From: Macrostomum lignano | Taxonomy: Eukaryota | Length of the DNA stretch: 64,000 nucleotides | Reading direction: 5' to 3' | Assembly (NCBI GenBank): GCA_002269645.1 | Contig: NIVC01000384.1 | Coordinates: forward strand, 62,001 to 126,000 | In this document: piece after piece, positions 23,321 to 36,600 of the stretch | How the letters are laid out: every line of letters starts with the position of its first letter | Numbering within the stretch: position 1 is the first letter of the stretch | The notes under the pieces: generated by a model | Databases searched by the model: none | What the model saw: only the letters and a program-made list of their open reading frames with translations | Told to the model about the DNA's origin: nothing | Translations under genes and position numbers: made by a program

Positions 23321-24635
23321 AATAGAGTCTTCGCAGTAAGAAACCGTCTAATTTTTTTTTAATATTCGAAGTTAAGATTAAGTCGTTAAGATGCTGCATT
23401 GTATTGTATTATAAGTTATATTTTCTTTCAAATAAAAAATGTTGTGCAGCGACACTGCATTACACCTGACTGACACTCAAGATTTATAATGATGCCACTT
23501 ATTACCAACCGTACGTTCATGGTAGCGTTCTTAGCTAATAACCTTGGCCTGAGCGGTTTTACTGGTATATGTACTATTCGCCAGTCCGGGCGTTACCAAG
23601 ATTTAGAGGGTCACGGCGCTTGCTTTTAGCATTTACTTCTAATGCATATACTCCTCGAGTGTCTCTTATGAACACTTCTTAGAATCTCTTACTGTAAAAT
23701 GACTACTCTAAGAATGGCTTTCAGTGAACAAGTTTCTAAGCTTTTTGCTTGAGAGCAAACAAGTTTTTCTTTTTTCTAAAACTTCGCTCCTAATTTATAC
23801 TAGTAACTTTGGGTATATTTATAACAAATTTAAAAAACTGAGAAAATTTCGTACATTATAACAAAAATATTATATCTTGCGAAAATTTAAAAGTAGGCTT
23901 TCCTAGAAACATAAATAGCGCTTCTACAAAATTGCACCTTGAAATTGGGCAGTGGGTGAAATTTTGCACTTTGTCTTTGGCGAAAAATAAAACCCAGTTA
24001 AAGGCATATTAAATTAATCTGAAAAGCATGCCTCATTATGGGAAAAATGCACAAATCAGCACAATCATTTGGGAAGATTTTGTACTAGAATATATTATCC
24101 AGGGCTATAGTCTATACCTAACATATTCTTACTTACAATGAAAATGTCTTATGGAACTATCTAAACCTCTCAAAAATCTATAAAACTAGGTGTAGATATT
24201 TTCTCTCTTTAAAAAACAAATGCCATACCACACTTCATTTCTTTATTTTTTGTTACACGTAGGTATATTGGGTCTATTTGAAAGTGTAGCAATTGGCCAG
24301 TTATAAAATATGGCTTATTCTCTAACTGGGGTTGAAGCTATATGTAACATAGAATTTAAATAACAAGCCTTAATTTGCTTTGCTATACCCTAAAAACCTT
24401 TATATCATAGACAAAGTTATTATCCCATTGGCCATTAAAACAAGAACTATTTCATGTACCCACTACACTAGCCAAAAGTTTAAAAACAAATAAAATTATT
24501 GAAAATCAAAATAAAAAGTTTTGCTATAATAACAATAAAATTGATATAAAATTTATTAACTTAATGCTTTTTTGCTTTATTTCAGATTTTTCTCTAATAA
24601 TCTAATAAATACATTCAAGATAATTGCAAATCTAT

Positions 24636-27600
24636 ATGAGCCACCCAAAACTGGGCATTGGACTAGGAGCTGCTGCTGATGATACTGACTCTGAGGAGGA
24701 ACTGCCTGCTGGTTGGGAGGTTCGAGCCTCGCTTGATGGACAAGTTTATTATTTAAAGTAAGTTTTAGCACGTTATAAATTATGTATTGCAACATAGCAT
24801 TTTTATAATAAGCCTGCCTTAGTATATCAGCAATTCCCCCTATAAGCCTTGGCATCTCAGCAATTCCCCTGCCTTGACATCTTAGCAATTCCCCCCATAA
24901 GCCTTGACATATCAGCAATTCCCCCCATAAGCCTTGACATATTAGCAATTCCCTCCAAAAGCCTTGACATCTCAGCAATTCCCTCCAAAAGCCTTGACAT
25001 CTCAGCAATTCCCCCCAAAAGCCTTGAAATATCAGCAATTCCCCCTTAAAGCCTTGACATATAAGCAATTCCCCCTTAAAGCCTTGACATATAAGCAATT
25101 CCCCCTAAAAGCCTTGACATATCAGCAATTCCCCCTTAAAGCCTTGACATATAAGCAATTCCCCCTAAAAGCCTTGACATATCAGCAGTTCCCTCCGAAA
25201 GCCTTGACATATTAGCAATTCCCCCCAAAAGCCTTGACATTAGCAATTCCCCCCAAAAGCCTTGACATATTAGCAATTCCCTCCAAAAGCCTTGACATCT
25301 CAGCAATTCCCCCAAAAGCCTTGACATATCAGCAATTCCCCCCAAAAGCCTTGACATATAAGCAATTCCCCCCAAAAGCCTTGACATATAAGCAATTCCC
25401 CCCAAAAGCCTTGACATATCAGCAATTCCCCCTAAAAGCCTTGACATATAAGCAATTCCCTCCGAAAGCCTTGAAATATCAGCAATTCCCCCCAAAAGCC
25501 TTGAAATATCAGCAATTCCCCCCAAAAGCCCTGACATATCAGCAATTCCTCCTGTAAGCCTTGGCATCTCAGCAATTCCCCCACCTTGACATATCAGCAA
25601 TTCCCCCCAAAAGCCTTGACATATAAGCAATTCCCTCCGAAAGCCTTGACATATCAGCAATTCCCCCAAAAGCCTTGACATATAAGCAATTCCCTCCGAA
25701 AGCCTTGACATATCAGCAATTCCCCCCAAAAGCCTTGACATATAAGCAATTCCCTCCGAAAGCCTTGACATATAAGCAATTCCCCCAAAAGCCTTGACAT
25801 ATCAGCAATTCCCCCAAAAGCCTTGACATATCAGCAATTCCCCCCAAAAGCCTTGACATATCAGCAATTCCCCCCAAAAGCCTTGACATATCAGCAATTC
25901 CCCCCAAAAGCCTTGACATATCAGCAATTCCCCCCAAAAGCCTTGACATATAAGCAATTCCCTCCGAAAGCCTTGACATATAAGCAATTCCCCCCAAAAG
26001 CCTTGACATATCAGCAATTCCCCCCAAAAGCCTTGACATATCAGCAATTCCCCCCAAAAGCCTTGACATATCAGCAATTCCCCCCAAAAGCCTTGACATA
26101 TAAGCAATTCCCTCCGAAAGCCTTGACATATAAGCAATTCCCCCCAAAAGCCTTGACATATCAGCAATTCCCCCCAAAAGCCTTGACATATCAGCAATTC
26201 CCCCCAAAAGCCTTGACATATCAGCAATTCCCCCCAAAAGCCTTGACATATCAGCAATTCCCCCCAAAAGCCCTGACATATCAGCAATTCCCCCCAAAAG
26301 CCCTGACATATCAGCAATTCCCCCCAAAAGCCTTGACATATCAGCAATTCCCCCCAAAAGCCTTGACATATCAGCAATTCCCCCCAAAAGCCCTGACATA
26401 TAAGCGATTCCCTCCGAAAGCCTTGACATATCAGCAATTCCCTCCGAAAGCCTTGACATATCAGCAATTCCCTCCGAAAGCCTTGACATATCAGCAAATA
26501 TTTTAATTTCTGAAAATTTCGCTTGTTTAACTTAAAAATCTGTTAAATAGTAGTGGCACATGCATTTTCTTCAGCATTAGTTTTAATGCCAACAGCTAAT
26601 AATAAATTTCTTATCAATTGCTCAACTAGCAGCTGGCACAGTAATAAATCTTATCTAATTGAATTTCATGCAGCCACCAGGCCAAGAGCTCGCACTGGGA
26701 GCACCCAATTACTGGCAAGAGAAGCTTTATTAAGCCTGACCTGCCGCCCGGTTGGGAGATGACGGCCACTGACAACGGCAACCTGCTGTTCTTTGAGTGA
26801 GTCTTGCCATATATCTGTTTTCTGTTGCATTTACACCAAAGTTAAAGAACAGCAAAATTAATTACTTTTAATTAAAACAGCCTATTGCTTTTGGAGTTTA
26901 GACTTATTTCGGAGAGTAGCCTTTACTTTAGAGATCAACTGGTTTTAGAAGAATCCCCCCCCCCCTAGACACTTACCTGTTTTCGGAAAATCGTTCTTAA
27001 AGATCTTATCATCTACCCGTTTTCAGAAAATCGCCCTTAGAGATCTACCCGTTTTCGGAAAATCGCCCTTAGAGATCTACCCGTTTTCAGAAAATCGCCC
27101 TTAGAGATCTACCCGTTTTCGGAAAATCGCCCTTAGAGATCTAGCCGTTTTCGGAAAATCGCCCTTAGAGATCTACCCGTTTTTGGAAAATCGCCCTTAG
27201 AGATCTACCCGTTTTCGGAAAATCGCCCTAAGAGATCTACCCGTTGTCGGAAAATCGCCCTTAGAGATCTACCCGTTTTCGGAAAATCGCCCTAAGAGAT
27301 CTACCCGTTTTCGGAAAATCGCCCTTAGAGATCTACCCGTTTTCGGAAAATCGCCCTAAGAGATCTACCCGTTTTCGGAAAATCGCCCTTAGAGATCTAC
27401 CCGTTTTCGGAAAATCGCCCTAAGAGATCTACCCGTTGTCGGAAAATCGCCCTTAGAGATCTACCCGTTTTCGGAAAATCGCCCTAAGAGATCTACCCGT
27501 TTTCGGAAAATCGCCCTAAGAGATCTACCCGTTTTCAGAAAATCGCCCTTAGAGATCTACCCGTTTTCGGAAAATCACCCTTAGAGATCTACCCGTTTTC

Positions 27601-30600
27601 AGAAAATCGCCCTTAGAGATCTACCCGTTTTCGGAAAATCGCCCTTAGAGATCTACCCGTTTTCGGAAAATCGTCTTTAGAGATCTACCCGTTTTCGGAA
27701 AATCGCCCTTAGAGATCTACCCGTTTTCGGAAAATCGCCCTAAGAGATCTACCCGTTTTCAGAAAATCGCCCTTAGAGATCTACCCGTTTTCAGAAAATC
27801 GCCCTTAGAGATCTACCCGTTTTCGGAAAATCGTCTTTAGAGATCTACCCGTTTTTGGAAAATCGCCCTGAGAGATCTACCCGTTTTCAGAAAATCGCCC
27901 TTAGAGATCTAGCCGTTGTCGGAAAATCGCCCTTAGAGATCTACCCGTTTTCGGAAAATCGCCCTAAGAGATCTACCCGTTTTCGGAAAATCGCCCTAAG
28001 AGATCTACCCGTTTTCGGAAAATCGCCCTAAGAGATCTACCCGTTTTCGGAAAATCGCCCTAAGAGATCTACCCGTTTTCGGAAAATCGCCCTAAGAGAT
28101 CTACCCTTGGAGAACCACCTGTTTTCTAAAAATAACTGAAAATCTATTGTATCTTGTCTCGGAATTGCCTTTAACATTAGAACATTGATAACTTAATAAG
28201 AATTCGAGTTCAGGACCTCTCTTGGACAGAAAAAAGCAGCAATTCAGCAGCTTTTAAATCATAATAATCTACTCCTTGAAGTATTACATCAATATATCTA
28301 TATTCTCGATTATTACATCTTAAAGATTTTAGACTAAACCTCGGCAAATTTTAATCTTAAAACGAAATGTCAGCCTCTGCAATAATTGATTCAATTATTG
28401 GACTCGTCCTGTTCGCCTACAGAATGCTGATTGTGCGGCCAATTCGCCTGATTGTTAAGTAAGATATCAGATATTACTAGTAGTAGCTGCTCTGACTGCT
28501 CTATTTTAATTGTAGAGCCTCTTCACAAAACAATGTTATTCTGAGTTTCTTAGGATCAGAGTTTTTTATCTGAATTCCCCGGTCTTTTAAGAGGGATGTT
28601 GATCGTAATTCCCCGGTCATTTAAGAGGGAGTGTTGATCTTAATTCCCCGATCATTTAGGAGGGAATTTTGATCTTAATTCCCCGGTCATCTAGGAGGAA
28701 ATTTTGATCTTAATTCCCCGGTCATTTAGGGGGGAATGTTGATCTTAATTCCCCAGTCTTTTAGGAGGGAATTTTAATCTCAATTCTCTGGTATTTTAGA
28801 ATGGAATTTTAACCTTAATTCCCCAGTCCTTTAGGATGCATTGTTGATCTTAATTCCCTTTTTACTTTATTTACTTTCTGTTTCTCTTAATTCTCGTACT
28901 TTCAAATCTCTGTAGCTCTTAATTCTCATTGCTCTGTAGGATTTCTTAATAATCTGTTTAATTAGCGTCGGCTCTAGTCCTTTAGGATCTAATTTAATAC
29001 AATAGTGTATTCGCCCCAATTTCTGCAGTCGAGTTCGCGGCCTGCAGTCGCACACTGATCCCAGGCTGGCATTCAGCAAGGCCGAGCACTCCCGCACCAC
29101 CTGGCGCCAGCAGTTTGACAGTCACTCCACCGCTCTGCAGGTGCTGGCTAATCACGACCTGACTGGTCGGGTTGCTATGGTTACTGGAGCCAGCTCCGGT
29201 ATTGGTTTTGAGACCGCCAGAGCCATTGCAATTCGCGGCGCTAAAGTTATCTTGGCATGCCGTTGCCCGCAGTTGGGAACCGCTGCTGTGAGTTGCTGCT
29301 GAGACCGCAGCTCCCTTCTATTCTCCCTCCTCTCGATCCCTGTCAATTTCCCGGTTATTTTCAGTTTTGTCTTTAGCATTCCATTATTATCTGTTTCATT
29401 TTATCATAGCCCTAGAATTTTAGGGCTAGAAAAAGAATGAAAAAGAATTTCATATTATGCTCTTTCTCTCCTTTTCTATCTTCCACGCTTCATCATCATT
29501 GCAATTTTGTGAGTCTGAAATAAAAATTGCACACAATGCTGGCATTCTCCTCTTGTCATGGGATTTCAACTGGGTGACTAGAATATATTATGTAAAATTG
29601 GTTTTACTTGTTGCTATTCAATATTTGAATAGGATTAGCATATAGGACTTTTCAGTGAATGGGAATTGGGATAATGTCTATCGTAATTAGGATCGCGTCT
29701 ATGGGAATTAGGATAATGTCTATGGGAATTGGGATAATGTCTATGGTAATTAGGATCATGTCTATGGGAATTGGGATAATGTCTATGGGAATTGGGATAA
29801 TGTCTATGGGAATTGGGGTAATGTCTAAAGGAATTGGGATTGTGTCTATGGGAATTAAGGTAATGTCTATGGGAATTGGGATGATGTCTATGGGGATTGG
29901 GATAATGTCTATGGGAATTGGGATAATGTCTATGGGGATTGGGATAATGTCTATGGGAATTGGGATAATGTCTATCGTAATTAGGATCGTGTCTATAGGA
30001 ATTGGGATAATGTCTATGGGAATTGGGGTAATGTCTAAAGGAATTGGGATTGTGTCTATGGGAATTGGGGTAATGTCTATGGGAATTGGTATAATGTCTA
30101 TGGGGATTGGGATAATGTCTATGGGAATTGGGATAATGTCTATCGTAATTAGGATCATGTCTATAGGAATTGGGGTAATGTCTATGGGAATTGGAATAAT
30201 GTCTATGGGAATTGGGGTAATGTCTATGGGAATTGGGATAATGTCTATGGGAATTGGGATAATGTCTATGGTAATTAGGATCGTGTCTATGAGAATTGGG
30301 ATAATGTCTATGGGAATCGGAATAGTGTCTATTTTCTACAAGCTTCAAAAAAATGTTTTTAAAACTTTTTAGGCAAACAAAATTCGCACCGAACTGCCCT
30401 CAGCCAGCGTAGAAGTCTGGCAGGTTGAGCTGGCCTCGCTTCGCTCCGTGCTGAGCTTCTGCCGGCGGTACATGGCTTCTGGCTATCCTCTGCATGCCCT
30501 CATACTCAATGCAGGTGTGTGCGGCCCGGCTCACACCATCACTGAGGATGGAATTGAACTGCAGTTTCAGGTGAGTCAGATTTAAGTCTGAGCTAGAAAA

Positions 30601-33600
30601 GTTTTGGCCATAGACACCTACCACTCGATTGCTAAAATTAATGGGGGTTTTCTGGAATTGAGAATTCATGGTCATGGCCATAGACACAAGCGGCGATAGT
30701 GTCTATGGCCATTACCATGAATTCTCTTCCAGCTAACTTCATTGGTCAATTTGTCCATCAGGATCCGAGTTGGGAAGGGGGAATGGGGGTGTGGGGGCGA
30801 AGTCCCACTTACAACCATAGACTATTTTATTTTACGCTCATAGACTCGTTCGTTTTCTAAAATGATATCCCGGTAAATTGCTTTATTGTCAATTTCAAAC
30901 AATGACTGGTCATTGCTGGAATATCATTGCCTTAACGTAAATTACCATAGACATTTTGAACAATGGTCACGCAGTTTCATGCAGACATTGCTGGTGGCTC
31001 AGAAGGAAAAGAACTTTTAAAAACCCCTAGTAAAATGGTGCTAGTAAAAGTTCATGGCTCCTAGTTGAAGGCTGAAGCCTAAACGACTTAATCTGCATGG
31101 TATGAAAAAAGGGCTAGAAGGCCTAAGTGCTTGTTTTGAAACGTCTCCTCGTCCAGCGCCAGCGGTACATTTGAGTAGTATTGGAAGCTTTTTGGGTAGT
31201 ACTCAATTAGAAGCAGGCATGTACTTTAAGATAATTCATAAATAATTCCAGTCTGCATGGTTGCACCGTAAATTCAATGACAATTATTTAGTGTGTGCAT
31301 GCATTCGACTTTGTCAACAGTGACACGGTCATTTGGAATTAAAATTGTCATGAAAATTGAAGACTTTGACGTTGAGTTGAGCTGAGAGCTTAGTGCATGT
31401 TCAGTGTGTTTATTATAAAAATTATCTGAATAAAAACCTGAATCGGAAAATTCGGAAGTTCAGTGGGTGCAACAAGGCGTCAGTTTTTAGTGCTGAGAAA
31501 GAGAAGCTAAAAACACTTCCTGTTTTGGCCATTTTGAGTAAAAAAAACTGCCTAGCGCTAAAAACTTGAGTCGTAGTGCAAATTCCTGACATTTGAAGTA
31601 GAAAATAATTGCAGATGACTTGACTTGCTAAAGCCCCTTGGTGCTGGCGCCCCTTGGTGCTGGCGCCCCTTGGTGCTAAAGCCCCTTGGTGCTAAAGCCC
31701 CTTAGTGCTAAAGCCCCTTGGTGCTAAAGCCCCTTGGTGCTAAAGCCCCTTGGTGCTAAAGCCCCTTGGTGCTAAAGCCCCTTGGTGCTAAAGCCCCTTG
31801 GTGCTAAAGCCCCTTGGTGCTAAAGCCCCTTGGTGCTAAAGCCCCTTGGTGCTAAAGCCCCTTGGTGCTAAAGCCCCTTGGTGCTGGCGCCCCTTGGTGC
31901 TAAAGCCCCTTGGTGCTAAAGACCATCAAAGCCAACAGAGGGTGTATATATATGCCTGACAATGACAAAATTCTGCGCCTGAAATTCCAGCATTTCCTTT
32001 TTGTCGGTTTTTTTTATTTTAATGGTTTATTAGCCGTAGCAGATGTACGACAGATGTAAATGTTCGCAGGCAATTACGAGTAAAAAGATGGTTACCATTT
32101 AACTGAGCACCTGAACTTGCACTCGTGCAAAGTACTCGTACAAATACTTCTCAAGTTAAGTATTCTGAGGCATTTAAATTGATCTATTGTGGTGAATTTT
32201 CAAGGCCTAACTTTGCTTCAAATGTAATTGAAATCTCTTTTAGTTCTCAAAATATCTATTGACAATTGAAACAATAAAAGCTAATATCGTTTCGGACGGG
32301 AAATAAGTGAAATACAGCCCCATGACCACACTTTTGGTGCAATCACACATAAGCACACTTAAGATGGACTCATAAATACACTAAGGGTAGCCCCATAAAA
32401 CACTAAAAATAGCCTCATAAACACACAATGGATAGCCCCATAAACACACTATGGATAGCCTCATAAACACACTATGGATAGCCTCATAAACACACAATGG
32501 ATAGCCTCATAAACACACAATGGATAGCCTCATAAACACACAATGGATAGCCTCATAAACACACAATGGATAGCCCCATAAACACACTATGGATAGCCTC
32601 ATAAACACACTATGGATAGCCTCATAAACACACAATGGATAGCCCCATAAACACACTATGGATAGCCTCATAAACACACTATGGATAGCCCCATAAACAC
32701 ACTATGGATAGCCTCATAAACACACAATGGATAGGCCCATAAACACACTATGGGATAGCCTCATAAACACACTATGGATAGCCTCATAAACACACAATGG
32801 ATAGCCTCATAAACACACAATGGATAGCCTCATAAACACACAATGGATAGCCTCATAAACACACAATGGATAGCCCCATAAACACACTATGGATAGCCTC
32901 ATAAACACACAATGGATAGCCTCATAAACACACAATGGATAGGCCCATAAACACACTATGGATAGCCTCACAAACACACTATGGATAGCCTCATAAACAC
33001 ACAATGGATAGCCCCATAAACACATTATGGATAGCCTCATAAACACACAATGGATAGCCCCATAAACACACTATGGATAGCCTCACAAACACACTATGGA
33101 TAGCCTCATAAACACACAATGGATAGGCCCATAAACACACTATGGGATAGCCTCATAAACACACTATGGATAGCCTCATAAACACACAATGGATAGCCTC
33201 ATAAACACACAATGGATAGCCTCATAAACACACAATGGATAGCCTCATAAACACACAATGGATAGCCCCATAAACACACTATGGATAGCCTCATAAACAC
33301 ACTATGGATAGCCTCAAAACACACAATGGATAGCCCCATAAACACACTATGGATAGCCTCATAAACACACTATGGATAGCCCCATAAACACACTATGGAT
33401 AGCCTCATAAACACACAATGGATAGGCCCATAAACACACTATGGATAGCCTCATAAACACACTATGGATAGCCTCATAAACACACAATGGATAGCCTCAT
33501 AAAGACACAATGGATAGCCTCATAAACACACAATGGATAGCCTCATAAACACACAATGGATAGCCCCATAAACACACTATGGATAGCCTCATAAACACAC

Positions 33601-36600
33601 AATGGATAGCCTCATAAACACACAATGGATAGGCCCATAAACACACTATGGATAGCCTCATAAACACACTATGGATAGCCTCATAAACACACAATGGATA
33701 GCCCCATAAACACACTATGGATAGCCTCATAAACACACTATGGATAGCCCATAAACACACTATGGATAGCCTCATAAACACACAATGGATAGGCCCATAA
33801 ACACACTATGGGATAGCCTCATAAAAACACTATGGATAGCCTCATAAACACACAATGGATAGCCTCATAAACACACAATGGATAGCCTCATAAACACACA
33901 ATGGATAGCCTCATAAACACACCATGGATAGCCCCATAAACACACTATGGATAGCCTCATAAACACACAATGGATAGCCCCATAAACACACTATGGATAG
34001 CCTCATAAACACACTATGGATAGCCCCATAAACACACTATGGATAGCCTCATAAACACACAATGGATAGCCTCATAAACACACTATGGATAGCCTCATAA
34101 ACACACTATGGATAGCCTCATAAACAAACAATGGATAGGCCCATAAACACACTATGGATAGCCTCATAAACACACTATGGATAGCCTCATAAACACACCA
34201 TGGATAGCCCCATAAACACACTAAGAATAGCCCCATAAACCAAATATAAATGGCTAAGAATCGCCAAACCGCCAATCGCAATCCAGGTGAACCACCTGTC
34301 CCAGCTGTACCTCATGCGCCTGTTGCTACCCACTCTGCTGGCCTCGGCTCCTGCTCGAGTAGTGCTAGTCAGCTCGGAGAGTCACCGATCCACTTCAATT
34401 ACGAGGGAGACGTTTGACGAGGCCCACCTGAACCAGACCAATCCGAGGCTGTACCGGGGCACCGCCGGCCTTCCCCAGTACGGCGACTCCAAACTCTGCA
34501 ATGTGCTCACCGCTAGATTTGTTGATAAACATTTTGCATCTCGCGGTATTCGGGCTTTCTCTGTGCACCCTGGCAACATGGTGTTCACCGGCATTCAGCG
34601 ACAGTGGTGGCTCAGTCGGCTGGTCTTTGTTTTGGCTAGGCCGTTTACAAAGACTGTGGTATGTTGTAATAATGCTAATCTAATCTACCTCAGGAATAGA
34701 TCAGATATCTACCCTGAGAATCGGCCCCAATCTACCCTGAGAATCGGCCCCAATCTACCCAGAGAATCGGCCCCAATCTACCCAGAGAATCGGGTCCCAT
34801 CTACCCTGAGAATCAGGTCCAATCTAACCTGAGAATAGGCCCTAATCTACCCTGAGAATCGGCCCCAATCTACCCAGAGAATCGGCCCCAATCTACCCAG
34901 AGAATCGGGTCCAATCTACCCTGAGAATCAGGTCCAATCTATTCAGAGAATCGGCCCCAATCTACCCTGAGAATCGGCCCCAATCTACCGTGAGAATCAG
35001 GCCCAATCTATTCAGAGAATCGGCCTCAATCTACCCTGTAAATCGGCCCCAATCTACCGTGAGAATCGGCCCCAATCTACCCTGAGAATCGGCCTCAATC
35101 TACCCTGAGAATCGGCCTCAATCTACCCTGAGAATCGGCCTCAATCCAATATACTAAAAATGGTCTGTCTGTGTCTATCTATCTATCTATCTATCTATCT
35201 ATGTGATCGATTAGAGAAAAAATGGCTGGACAGATTTTGTTCGAACTTGCACTGTTCGATCAGAAATTTTCCCGTGACTGTACATGCATCGTGGCTAAGA
35301 AATTGCTCGATGCTAAAGGCATTAAATATTCGAAAAACATGCTTTTTTGCAAAGGTCAAGCAAACTTTTCGACTTGAAATGCATTGTAAGAATGCTAGAG
35401 AAAAAACTGACTGGTTGAATTCTGATTCTGAAATAGATTGCATCATAACTAAATTGTAACTCCGACTTGAATTGGAAATGCAGTGTGAAAGCGTAGCACC
35501 AGACTTGATTTAAATTGCGTAACCATATTGTTAACTGATACCGACTGACTGAAAAACTGATTATGTCATAACTGCTTTGTGTGATTTACTCTATGCTTGG
35601 ATTTAAAAGTGTTAAATTATATAAGTGCAAAAGTTGATGTTATCAAAACGATGAGAGCTAGCCTAGAGGTGAACAAACTGAACTGCTAAATGCAGCGACG
35701 ATGGTTTGAATTTTCATAGAGTATAATTTTTTAATTAAATCTTTTCAACGTCAGAAAAACTAAAAGACTTTTTAAAAAGAAGCGTCATGTAAACAATCAT
35801 AGAAGTGTCATGTAAAAAATTATAGAAGCGTCATATAAAAATCATAGAAGCGTCATTTAAAAAATCATAGAAGCGTCATGTAAACAATCATAGAAGCGTC
35901 ATGTAAAAATCATAGAAGCGCAATGTAAAAAATCATAGAAGCGTCATGTAAACAATCATAGAAGCGTCATGTAAAAAATCATAGAAGCGTCATGTAAACA
36001 ATCATAGAAGCGTCATGTAAACAATCATAGAAGCGTCATGTAAAAAATCATAGAAGCGTCATGTAAACAATCATAGAAGCGTCATGTAAACAATCATAGA
36101 AGCGTCATGTAAACAATCATAGAAGCGTCATGTAAACAATCATAGAAGCGTCATGTAAACAATCATAGAAGCGTCATGTAAACAATCATAGAAGCGTCAT
36201 GTAAACAATCATAGAAGCGTCATGTAAAAAATCGTAGCAGCGTCATGAAAAAATCATAGAAGCGTCATTTAAAAAATCATAGAAGCGTCATGTAAACAAT
36301 CATAGAAGCGCCATGTAAACAATCATAGAAGCGTCATGTAAACAATCATAGAAGCGTCATGTAAACAATCATAGAAGCGTCATGTAAACAATCATAGAAG
36401 CGTCATGTAAACAATCATAGAAACGTCATGTAAAAAATCGTAGCAGCGTCATGAAAAAATCATAGAAGCGTCATTTAAAAAATCATAGAAGCGTCATGTA
36501 AACAATCATAGAAGCGCCATGTAAACAATCATAGAAGCGTCATTTAAAAAATCATAGAAGCGTCATGTAAACAATCATAGAAGCGTCATGTAAACAATCA

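Noticed and set aside
24577-34281. Many long repetitive ORFs on both strands within WWOX introns
   Set aside because: All are read-throughs of 21-, 23- and 30-bp satellites inside introns defined by the WWOX exon chain.
30565-34292. CAGGTGA repeated at both ends of WWOX intron 4
   Set aside because: Explained by ordinary splice consensus plus the conserved FQ|VNH coding sequence, so it is not good evidence for intron gain.
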